Shown piece by piece: positions 9,694 through 18,238 of a DNA stretch of 64,000 nt. A program made the position numbers and the translations under genes. A model generated the notes under the pieces. That model worked only from the letters and a program-made list of their open reading frames with translations. It had not been told where the DNA came from and made no database searches. Position 1 is the stretch's first letter. Each line of letters begins with the position of its first letter. Origin of the DNA: Promethearchaeota archaeon (GTDB lineage Archaea > Asgardarchaeota > Thorarchaeia > Thorarchaeales > Thorarchaeaceae); the NCBI GenBank assembly GCA_048939765.1, contig JBHLPF010000003.1, forward strand, positions 45,936 to 109,935, given 5' to 3'.

Positions 9694-10182
9694 TCAATAA
9701 TCGTGGTTCTTCCATCTGTAGAAGTCTGTACCTCTCCAATAGGACAATATCCTTGGAGTAATCCGAATTGCAATTCTGTTTCCCAAGGGATATCCGGCGC
9801 CGAGGAAATCTAGATACTTGGAGAGGAAGTTGATCGTAATCTCTTCATCAACAAGCTCCATCTCCACCATCATGGCGCGACCCTTAATCATGACTCCGCG
9901 ATTGGCTGCAGGTAGTACTGCGTTTCGCTCATCCACGGTTACACACACTTTTGTGTTCTTTCTGATGTTTGCAATCTTGTGGCTACCTCTTGTGGTAATC
10001 ATATAGATCTGCTTTGTAGGATCATGCCAGATATAGAACATCGCAGTTAGGTGCGGCAAGCATCCTGCTTCTGATGTTCCAAGGTATGAGAAAAAGCCTG
10101 ACTTGAGGATACGCAAAGCTTCCTCTGGAATCTCCTTCGCGATTCTTATTGGAGCACCATGTGTCTTGGCTAGGAACATCAT
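9694..10182 (-). CDS. pyridoxamine 5'-phosphate oxidase family (FMN/F420/heme split-barrel) protein
   Basis: YLGT..PHLTAMFY, SHKIANIRKNTKVCVTVD, GVMIKGRA, RITPRILSYW. Confidence 0.85.
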   Translation of the reverse strand: MMFLAKTHGAPIRIAKEIPEEALRILKSGFFSYLGTSEAGCLPHLTAMFYIWHDPTKQIYMITTRGSHKIANIRKNTKVCVTVDERNAVLPAANRGVMIKGRAMMVEMELVDEEITINFLSKYLDFLGAGYPLGNRIAIRITPRILSYWRGTDFYRWKNHDY

Positions 10183-11436
10183 TCACACCCTCAGTATCTG
10201 CGGCTTAGCCTCTCTCCAGTATGTTATCTTCTCAGGCTCGACCCTCACCATGACTCTGGATACGAATGGTTTGTTTTGCCATGCAAGGGGGAGGTCCTTT
10301 TCTTGTGTGTCATAGTACTTCATGTATCGTGGATATTTCCTACCAAAGAGAGACCGTACTCTGAGCATCCATAGTCCATAAAGATACAGTCTGAATAGTC
10401 CTAGTGGAGTTACCTCCCCAAGAATCATCGCCTTTCCGCGAAGCATAACAGCTCGATTTTTCATTACATTCTTACTGTCTCTCAGATCTACAAGGATAGC
10501 GATGTTGGGGTTCTTCTTGATCTTCCGATATTTCGCAGAGGCGAGCGATATTCCGAAATACAAGTACTTTCCATCATAGACAAAGATCACTGGAGTCACA
10601 TGACTCTGGTTCTTTTCACAAAGAGCAACATATGCAAATCGTTCATTGTAGAGGATGCTCTCCACATCGGGCGGGAACCATGGAACTCGTTCCATAGCCA
10701 ACAGACTTGCTCCCGATAGTGACAGGACAGCGGCGAAGAAGGCACCCAGTCCATACAGCAGCATTGGTTCAATGCTTGCCAGAGGCAGCAACAGGACGGC
10801 TGATGCAGCCCAATACAGATTGACTGAGTCCAAATACTTTAGGGTCCGAACTTCCGAATATGCAGTGTATTCAAGTCCCCTTCTCCGTCTTGCGGCGCGG
10901 CTGAGTGATATAGACCTCCTAGCCGCAAAGAGTGTGGTAATCAACGATAATCCAATTCGATAGGAAACGTCCCAAATAAGAACTGCAACTAGTGCCATTA
11001 GTATTGGGTTGCCAAATCCTGTTCCTAGGTTCTCAGCAAGAAGTGTCGGATTCAGGAGGATGAATCCCCAAACACCAGCGAAAAGCGTGATTCCCATTGC
11101 AAGCTCGTACCGCCTATCCAGAAGAAGTCGGTTTTTGTATGACTCAAGAACTCTTCTTTCCTCATCGTTAGTTGGATTTCTTAAGCGTCTCAGCCACGGG
11201 ATGACATAAAGACATCCAGCGGACCATACAACAGTATATAGAATTGCCAATGTACCGTAGATGGCTGAGGTCAAAGGCATTTCGAAATACAGGAATCCAG
11301 CAATCCCTATCGCTTCGACCAATAGCAATTGGGCCAAAACGTCGTAAACTGGCGGGAGCCAGCTAAATGGAGGAACTCTGTCAACTATCTCCTCATAAAT
11401 CCATTTTCTCTCGGCATGCTGGCTCGTCCCTTGCAT
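10183..11436 (-). CDS. multi-TM membrane domain fused to PPOX-family split-barrel domain
   Basis: ~6 TM helices, then HVTPVIFVYDG..AKYRKIKKNPNIAILVD..AVMLRGKA..RVEPEKITYW. Confidence 0.75.
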   Translation of the reverse strand: MQGTSQHAERKWIYEEIVDRVPPFSWLPPVYDVLAQLLLVEAIGIAGFLYFEMPLTSAIYGTLAILYTVVWSAGCLYVIPWLRRLRNPTNDEERRVLESYKNRLLLDRRYELAMGITLFAGVWGFILLNPTLLAENLGTGFGNPILMALVAVLIWDVSYRIGLSLITTLFAARRSISLSRAARRRRGLEYTAYSEVRTLKYLDSVNLYWAASAVLLLPLASIEPMLLYGLGAFFAAVLSLSGASLLAMERVPWFPPDVESILYNERFAYVALCEKNQSHVTPVIFVYDGKYLYFGISLASAKYRKIKKNPNIAILVDLRDSKNVMKNRAVMLRGKAMILGEVTPLGLFRLYLYGLWMLRVRSLFGRKYPRYMKYYDTQEKDLPLAWQNKPFVSRVMVRVEPEKITYWREAKPQILRV

Positions 11437-11539
11437 TCATAGACAGGCTTCACACCAACTTATTTGCGTATCGAAACCACCGATTGGCTAGGGCTTTGAT
11501 ATTGTATCTTTAAGGGGGCACATCAGAATGGAATTCAGC

Positions 11540-12781
11540 CTACTCATAGATCTCCTCTAACCCATCCCACTCCAAGCCTAATGCCTCAGCCATTAGAACT
11601 GCAAGGTCCTTAACTACCTTACTCGATCCTGCTTGAGGCAGTTGATCATGCATGAAGTCAACACATGAAGGGCAAGATGCAGCAACTACTGAAGCACTTG
11701 TCTGTTCAATATCGTCCACTTTCAACTTGCTGATCCGGTTGGCAAACTCGGCGTCAATAGCTCGTAGCACACCGCCCGACCCGCAGCAGAAACAGTTGCT
11801 CTTGTTATGCGGCAGCTCCTCGAAAGTCACCCCAGGCAGGTACTCCAAGACCTTTCTAGGCTGTTCATAGAAACCTGAGTTCCTTCCCGCGTCGCAGCCG
11901 TCATGAAATGTCACAGTAATGTCTAGAGGATTGGTGAATTCCAACTTGTTGGCATCAATAAGCTCCTCAAAATACTCCGGTCCGTAGATGATTTCGAATG
12001 GCGGGTCAATGCCAAGGAACTCGTGATATTCATGGGCCCACATCTTATAGCAGCCCGGGCAATTTGTCATAACTCGTTCCACCCCGAGTTCCTTGTATTT
12101 CTCAATATTATGCTCAGCAAATTGACGAGCGGTCTCGAAGTCGCCTGTCATGATCATAGGCGCTCCACAACAGACTTCATCTTCACCAAGAAATGTGTAC
12201 GACTCGCCAGCTTTGTCCATGATCAGAGTGGTGGCAATTGTTGCCTGAATGGAGACTCCACGGAATGAGGAGGCACACCCGAAGAAGAATGCAGTCTTTG
12301 CCTCTTGGCCCATTGTATCTAAAAGGGCGTCTTCATCTGGATGCCAATACGACCATCCCTCGACTCTATCCATCTGTGACTGTCCCTGAATGTTCTGGCT
12401 GTCAAGTAGGGTCTTCTTTGCCATCTCAAGTTGCTCAGGCCAGAGACCCATCTTCTGGAAGTCTGACCTCATCAGTTGGTAAATCTGAACAAAAGGAATG
12501 TCCACCTGGCAAATCTCTTCGCATCCTCCACAGAGAGTACATCCGAAAACCGCGTCGCGAAGACCCTCTAGACCTTCCGACGCCTTCAGGCTTCCCTGGG
12601 CCAATGAACGGGCAATGATCATCTTCCCTTTTCCTGAGTAGCTATCTCGGCGCTTCACCTTGTAGGTCGGACAGGCGCCATGGCCAACTTGGCAGAAGCT
12701 ACATTGCGCACAAGTATATGGCATATCTTGAAGGTTATGCTTCTTCAGTGATGGGAATTCCATGATGTCATTCACAACCAT
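11540..12781 (-). CDS. HdrD/GlcF-like Fe-S protein (2x[4Fe-4S] + 2 CCG domains)
   Basis: CAQCSFCQVGHGACP, CTLCGGCEEIC, VCCG, NCPGC, FHDGC, FCCGSGG, SCPSC; start uncertain (12763/12781/12829). Confidence 0.88.
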   Translation of the reverse strand: MVVNDIMEFPSLKKHNLQDMPYTCAQCSFCQVGHGACPTYKVKRRDSYSGKGKMIIARSLAQGSLKASEGLEGLRDAVFGCTLCGGCEEICQVDIPFVQIYQLMRSDFQKMGLWPEQLEMAKKTLLDSQNIQGQSQMDRVEGWSYWHPDEDALLDTMGQEAKTAFFFGCASSFRGVSIQATIATTLIMDKAGESYTFLGEDEVCCGAPMIMTGDFETARQFAEHNIEKYKELGVERVMTNCPGCYKMWAHEYHEFLGIDPPFEIIYGPEYFEELIDANKLEFTNPLDITVTFHDGCDAGRNSGFYEQPRKVLEYLPGVTFEELPHNKSNCFCCGSGGVLRAIDAEFANRISKLKVDDIEQTSASVVAASCPSCVDFMHDQLPQAGSSKVVKDLAVLMAEALGLEWDGLEEIYE

Positions 12782-13000
12782 CGGGACACGTGGCTCGACA
12801 TGTTTTGCCGAACGAGTTATGCCCTGCAACAGCCCTTAATATCTGTGCTCGTTGCACAATGGCATAGCTTTCGTCACACTTTAAAACTTGTTAGGTAAGT
12901 TGTGTCAAACGCCATTCCCTCCCTCTCTCGCTAGGTTTTTATGGAGCATGATTCCACGACCGTGACCTGAGAGCAGCTTCATCTCTTGGAGAGAGTCCAC

Positions 13001-14941
13001 ATGACACTGAAGCCAAAGCTAGTGACGGAACTCGCTGAGGTCTATGAAGACCGAGTGATCACAGAGAAGCATGAGCTCGTCATCCATGGCATGGATGTTG
13101 GTTCTTTGCCCAAACAAGTGGGCTGGTTAATGAACGTCAAGCCTGATGCGATTGTGCAGCCTCAAACCCCTGAAGAGATCAGGTTCCTGTACGAGTTTGC
13201 AAACAAGTACAAGGTTCCTCTAATACCAAGGGGGGCAGGCACTTCGGGCTATGGTGGTGCAATTCCTCGAAAGGGAGGCATCATTGTTGACATGCGTGTT
13301 ATGGACAAGATCGTTGACATCGATGAAGAGAATCTGACTGTCACTGTTGAGCCCGGACTCTCATGGGCGAATCTGCAATTTGAGCTGAACCGAAAGAACC
13401 TAGACCTCCGTTGTTATCCCTCTTCTGGACTCTCTGCAACAATCGGGGGCTGGGTGGCCCAGGGCGGCGATGGAATTGGGTCTCTCAAGTATGGGAACAT
13501 CAACAAGAACGTGGTTGCTTTCGAGGTGGTCTTGCCAACTGGAAAGATGATCAAGAGCAAGGACTGTGACCTGTTCTGTGACACAGAGGGCATTCTTGGA
13601 ATCATCACTAAGGTGACTCTGAAGATAAAGCCCTTCACTCCTATCAAGGTCATTGTTTCGAGCTTCCCTGAGAATTATCTGATGGTTCATGCTATAGAGA
13701 AGATACTCGAAGATGGTCCTCTTCCATTCACGATAAAGTTCGAAGAAGCAAAGTACACAGACCTGAAGAAGAAGATCTGGGACAGTGAGGAGAAGTTCCC
13801 ATTCCCGGTTCATCACTGCACGATTATGGTTGCATATGACGGAGATGAGGAGGAGATTGCAGAGGGCTTCAGAGTTGTAGAAGAAGTCACAAAGATGTAC
13901 AAGGGAACTGTTTATGATGAGCATGTGTCTACCCACGAATGGAGTGACCGCTTCTACCCAATGAGAGTCAAGAAAGCTGGTCCTACCCTCGTTGTTGGCC
14001 AAGCATTTGCACCGCTTGAGAACCTAACCGCAATACTTGATGACTGGCAATTTGAACAGGGATCCGCTAAAGCTGGTATTGATGGCTACGTAAACTCTTT
14101 GAATGCTGTCACCATGATGGGCTATTTCCTCGAAGATGAACGGCGCAGATTCTTCATGTTATCCTGGGCTCAGAGCTTTGTTGTGTTCAAGATTGCACAG
14201 CGGCATGGCGGTCATGCTCACTCGACAGGAATCTGGTTCGCCAACCTGGCCGGTCAATACTTTGGTGCACAGCGACTGGCAAAGATACGTGCAGCCAAGC
14301 TTAAGTACGACAAGAAGGAGATATCAAATCCTGGGAAGGTGTTCGCCTATTGGCTACCACTTATTCTCAAGTTTGGTAAGTATTTCCTCTGGATATTCTA
14401 TGACCTATTCAGGAATGGGTTTGGCAGGATTGCTCCAATACTTCTGAAGTGGCTCCAGAACCTGCCGCCACTCAAGTGGGTGCTGCGATGGGGCCGAGCA
14501 CATAGTCCATGGCCAGTGCAATACGGATTAGGATGTTGCATGGTCGATGGTGCCGCTGGAATCGCGTCGAGGTGGGACTTTGAACGATTCGGGATGCTCC
14601 CCCTCTTTGGCCCGCGGCAGTGTGATGTGCTATGGATATCTGGGTCTCTTACCAAGAAGATGGCTCCGCGACTGCGAAGAGTCTACGAGATGATGCCAGA
14701 TCCCAAGTTCGTTATCGCCTTCGGACAGTGCGCGGCCAGTGGCGGCGTCTTTTGGGACGGATACTCGCTACAGGTTCCGCCTGAGTCTGTAGTACCTGTC
14801 GACGTCTATTTGCCCGGGTGTCCTCCGAAGCCTTCAGACTTCGTCAGGGCTCATCTGATACTCCAGAACAAGATTCGTGCAGGCACGACACACTGGCAAA
14901 TGAAGTATGAAAACCAGGACGCAATGGGGATGATCCAATGA
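13001..14941 (+). CDS. nuoB: fusion: FAD-binding oxidoreductase (VAO/GlcD-like) + complex I subunit NuoB
   Basis: PRGAGTSGYGG, PSSGLSATIGG, TEGILGIITKVTL in the first ~450 aa; from ~14480 GLGCC, DFERFG, PRQCD, RVYEMMPDPKFVIAFGQC, PVDVYLPGCPP (NuoB N2 ligands). Confidence 0.92.
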   Translation: MTLKPKLVTELAEVYEDRVITEKHELVIHGMDVGSLPKQVGWLMNVKPDAIVQPQTPEEIRFLYEFANKYKVPLIPRGAGTSGYGGAIPRKGGIIVDMRVMDKIVDIDEENLTVTVEPGLSWANLQFELNRKNLDLRCYPSSGLSATIGGWVAQGGDGIGSLKYGNINKNVVAFEVVLPTGKMIKSKDCDLFCDTEGILGIITKVTLKIKPFTPIKVIVSSFPENYLMVHAIEKILEDGPLPFTIKFEEAKYTDLKKKIWDSEEKFPFPVHHCTIMVAYDGDEEEIAEGFRVVEEVTKMYKGTVYDEHVSTHEWSDRFYPMRVKKAGPTLVVGQAFAPLENLTAILDDWQFEQGSAKAGIDGYVNSLNAVTMMGYFLEDERRRFFMLSWAQSFVVFKIAQRHGGHAHSTGIWFANLAGQYFGAQRLAKIRAAKLKYDKKEISNPGKVFAYWLPLILKFGKYFLWIFYDLFRNGFGRIAPILLKWLQNLPPLKWVLRWGRAHSPWPVQYGLGCCMVDGAAGIASRWDFERFGMLPLFGPRQCDVLWISGSLTKKMAPRLRRVYEMMPDPKFVIAFGQCAASGGVFWDGYSLQVPPESVVPVDVYLPGCPPKPSDFVRAHLILQNKIRAGTTHWQMKYENQDAMGMIQ

Positions 14942-15483
14942 AATTGCGAGAAGACAGCGATCAGTACTGCATGCTGCTGATCGGCACAATCATCCTAAGT
15001 GCCTATGTCTTTGACATCTTGCTGGCTGTTGTCGCTGATACAGCGATGGCTCTTCACTTTCCGTTCCTGGTCGGTGGGCCTCTGATCATGGTGTTCTTTC
15101 TAATTGGCTACTTCAGGCCAAAGCGCGGCAGGATCAAGGTCAATATGCTCTCTATTGCAATTGTGATAGGTGTTCTCTACACAATCTATGTCTTGGTACC
15201 ATTTGGCGGTGATATCATCTATGCGTCCTGGGGAATGGGAGGCGCAATCCTCCTGGCTGGCGGTTTCTCAATGTTGGACCCGATGGAGGTCAGTGTGACC
15301 CCCGGAATCATGGAGGTCAGCGACTTCAAGTACAAGCCCTTGCCAGAGCCTGAGCCCGAGCCAGAACCCGAGGAGGCGGCTGAGGCTGAATCAGAAACGG
15401 AAGCCGCCCCTGACACCTCAACTTCAGAAGAGCCAGCTCAAACGGAATCAACTGAAACTACTGATGAAACTCCATCAGAATAG
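14938..15483 (+). CDS. 4-TM membrane protein with Pro/Glu-rich acidic tail
   Basis: ATGA overlap with the NuoB fusion; hydrophobic helices; PEPEPEPEPEE tail. Confidence 0.7.
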   Translation: MKLREDSDQYCMLLIGTIILSAYVFDILLAVVADTAMALHFPFLVGGPLIMVFFLIGYFRPKRGRIKVNMLSIAIVIGVLYTIYVLVPFGGDIIYASWGMGGAILLAGGFSMLDPMEVSVTPGIMEVSDFKYKPLPEPEPEPEPEEAAEAESETEAAPDTSTSEEPAQTESTETTDETPSE

Positions 15484-15578
15484 AGCAGACTGGAACCTGC
15501 AATTGTTATCCCCTGAGTCCGCCTAGATTCTTCTAGTCCTGACTAAAATGAGGAGGCTATGGATGAGAGCGCGGACTC

Positions 15579-15938
15579 TCATTCACGAAGCCAAGCAAAC
15601 GCAGCAAACGCCAGGAGCAAACCGAAGGCAACCCATGCAAAGAGGAGAATACCTGCTAGGTCAGTGTACTGGGTGATGTCCAAATATGCGTGCACACCAC
15701 CAAAGACTCCAGCAGCCATCGTGGCACCTATGCGGCCACTGCGGGTTGATGCGAATGCAATACCAAGAGTCGCTACTACGAAGAACAGCCCACTCAAGAA
15801 GATGAAGTATTGGAAGGTGAGATCAATCGGTGCTACAGTCAAGATGATCCAGAAGTATGCCCCAATGAATCCCATTCCGATTAGAAGCGCGAGGTAATAG
15901 AAGAATGTACCCTCTTCTTTGTAAGACAATTGTATCAC
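15579..15938 (-). CDS. small 4-TM membrane protein
   Basis: four hydrophobic segments, occupies the gap inside the nuo cluster. Confidence 0.65.
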   Translation of the reverse strand: MIQLSYKEEGTFFYYLALLIGMGFIGAYFWIILTVAPIDLTFQYFIFLSGLFFVVATLGIAFASTRSGRIGATMAAGVFGGVHAYLDITQYTDLAGILLFAWVAFGLLLAFAAFAWLRE

Positions 15939-16007
15939 CTTTACCTTGTCGGTAAACTGTTTCCATCTGGAATATGTGCTCTATTTAAGCCCTTTGAGGG
16001 AAACTGG

Positions 16008-16023
16008 TCGAAGACTTTTTATC
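16008..16023 (+). promoter_or_regulatory. putative BRE-TATA promoter for nuoA-N
   Basis: CGAAGACTTTTTATC resembles the other BRE/TATA elements in the window. Confidence 0.4.
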
Positions 16024-16271
16024 ATGCTACTTTGTACGCCGACTTCCACAGCACAAGGTAGTCCTACCCATCAGGCGACCCGCCTCGATGGATCGGGCAT
16101 CATCTTGGCTGTCGTGTACACGATTCGACCTGGAATACGTCACCTAGGTAAGGTTGGAGCTTGACTGCTATGGACAAAGAACTCAGGAAGAAGGTATTTG
16201 GAATGGTTCCTTCCAGTTTAGGTGGCGTGCAGGTTACTATTTCTATAACGGACCTAGGAGGGTCTTGAGGC

Positions 16272-16730
16272 TTGCAGACAGATAGGCTGTTTCTCCAATT
16301 CATCCCGGTCTTGGTTTGGGCTATTCTTGTAATCGTTCTGATTGTTATCATGCTGTTGGCATCCTGGGTGCTGCGACCCCATATACTCCAGAACTCAGAG
16401 AAGACTTCTACATACGAATGTGGAGAAGAGCCTATTGGGCCAGCACGAATGTCATTCCCCTATAGCTACATCATCTACACGATTCTCTTTGTCATCATAG
16501 ACGTAATGGGCGCATTTCTCTGGCTACTTACTGTTTCACCGCTACGATTGAATCCCATAGTCGCTTGGCAGACGTTCATCTTCGTCGTGATTATTATGGG
16601 TGCAATTGGATATGCGCTGAGGTATCTGCCTCAGACTTCGTTTAATGGTAAGGAAATCCTCGAGGCATATCGCGCTGCAAAGGCAAAGCGTCTCGAGAAA
16701 GCGCACGCATCGGGGAGGGAGCATCATTGA
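16272..16730 (+). CDS. nuoA: complex I-like subunit A
   Basis: KTSTYECGEEPIG loop, ILFVIIDV, 3 TM; GGAGGG SD before TTG. Confidence 0.92.
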   Translation: MQTDRLFLQFIPVLVWAILVIVLIVIMLLASWVLRPHILQNSEKTSTYECGEEPIGPARMSFPYSYIIYTILFVIIDVMGAFLWLLTVSPLRLNPIVAWQTFIFVVIIMGAIGYALRYLPQTSFNGKEILEAYRAAKAKRLEKAHASGREHH

Positions 16731-17398
16731 TGCAAGGATTTGAGTCCGCGTTCGAGTCAGTTGAGTTTCTGTTGATTGCAGGAATAGTCATTGTACTGGC
16801 TTACCTCGCACTGGAACATAGGGAGATTGTGTATGCCGCATTCTTTTTTGGCTTCATGGCGTCGTTCGTAGCTGGATTCTTCCTTCTATTGGAAGCGCCT
16901 TTTGTTGCCGGTATGCAGATTGCGGTGTACACTGGAGGCATAAGTGCGTTAATCATATTCGGCGTTCTCCTGTTGCCACGAGCACAAGACTCCACACTCG
17001 AGGCAATAGAGTCGCCCCACGCCAAGAAAGTTGGCATACTTGTATCCGGCTCCATAATGTTCCTCTCTGCAATTCTTGCACTGACGTTCCCATGGAACGA
17101 AACGATTCCAGAGAGCACAATCGATTCTTCAAACAACGTGGCTCTTCTCGCTGAGTGGTTGTGGGGAGATCATGGAATCTATGTTCAACTCATCGCACTC
17201 ATCATTGTGACATCCCTCGTAGGTGTCATCGCGCTCATGAAGATGGATAAGGCAGAGCTGATGAAAGATGTCGTCGCCGAGTTCGGTATCGAAGCAGCAC
17301 CAGAACCTGAAGCGCCTGAGCCGGAAGAACCTCCGGAGCCTGAGGAGACCTCTGAGGAAGCTTCTGAGTCGGAAGTCAGTGAGGAGGTGGCCGACTAA
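16727..17398 (+). CDS. nuoJ: complex I-like subunit J
   Basis: IVYAAF, LLEAPFVAGMQIAVYTGGI; acidic C-terminal tail. Confidence 0.9.
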   Translation: MMQGFESAFESVEFLLIAGIVIVLAYLALEHREIVYAAFFFGFMASFVAGFFLLLEAPFVAGMQIAVYTGGISALIIFGVLLLPRAQDSTLEAIESPHAKKVGILVSGSIMFLSAILALTFPWNETIPESTIDSSNNVALLAEWLWGDHGIYVQLIALIIVTSLVGVIALMKMDKAELMKDVVAEFGIEAAPEPEAPEPEEPPEPEETSEEASESEVSEEVAD

Positions 17399-17718
17399 TG
17401 GTCCCGCTTTCTTGGTATCTTGCTGTTGCATTCATCTTGATAGGCCTTGGTGCCTATGGGATGATGGTGAAGAGGAACCTCATCAGAATTCTCATTGGTG
17501 CTGAAATCATGGGGAATGGAGTCAGCATCGCTATAGCTGCTTTTGCAGTCTACAGCCCTACCTTTACGCTGACAGGACAGGCTCTCATTATTCTCTTGAT
17601 ATCAGTTGCTGCAGCTCACACTGCTCTAGCTCTAGTCTTGATGCTTGCTTACAACAGGCGACATGGAACAGTGGATCTTGGAAGACCAATCTCACAGGAG
17701 GAGAAGCTGGATGTCTGA
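17398..17718 (+). CDS. nuoK: complex I-like subunit K
   Basis: RNLIRILIGAEIMGNG, GQAL, VAAAH..ALALV. Confidence 0.9.
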   Translation: MVPLSWYLAVAFILIGLGAYGMMVKRNLIRILIGAEIMGNGVSIAIAAFAVYSPTFTLTGQALIILLISVAAAHTALALVLMLAYNRRHGTVDLGRPISQEEKLDV

Positions 17719-18238
17719 AGGTACTCCTATGTCTGCAGCCACATTTGGAAGACAGATTGTCAACAAGTTTCCTGGCGTTGAATGTACGCCAAAGGAAGAT
17801 GGTATCCTTGAGTGCATTGTGCCAGCAGACAGGATTAGGGACGTTGTCGGGATGATTGACGAACAGATAGAAGATGCCTTTCCAGAGAGCGTCTTTGGAG
17901 TTGACCTTCAGGAAGACAAGTATGAAGTCATCTACATATTCTGGTCTCGAACCAATAGGACACTGTATCACCTTCGTGTTTCACTTGAGGGCACCAATCC
18001 CGAGGTGGACACAGTGTGTGACATATTCCCCGGCATGGAGTGGCATGAGAGAGAGACCTGGGAGATGTTTGGAATCAACTTCAAGGGCCATCCTGACCTC
18101 AGGCTACTTTTGCTTCCTGAGGAGCTGGAAGGGAAGTATCCTCTTAGAAAGAGCTTCGTGACAGATAGATCACGGCTCAATGAGGCTGATAAAACGCCTC
18201 CAAAGCCCAAGCCACCAGAAGGAGGTGCAACCGAATGA
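17711..18238 (+). CDS. nuoC: complex I-like subunit C
   Basis: WHERETWEMFGINFKGHPDLRLLLLP..YPLRKSF. Confidence 0.92.
   Translation: MSEGTPMSAATFGRQIVNKFPGVECTPKEDGILECIVPADRIRDVVGMIDEQIEDAFPESVFGVDLQEDKYEVIYIFWSRTNRTLYHLRVSLEGTNPEVDTVCDIFPGMEWHERETWEMFGINFKGHPDLRLLLLPEELEGKYPLRKSFVTDRSRLNEADKTPPKPKPPEGGATE

Noticed and set aside
16266-16268. Selenocysteine read-through of the in-frame TGA before nuoA
   Set aside because: nuoA has its own GGAGGG SD and TTG start, no Cys is expected at this position of NuoA, and no SECIS was identified
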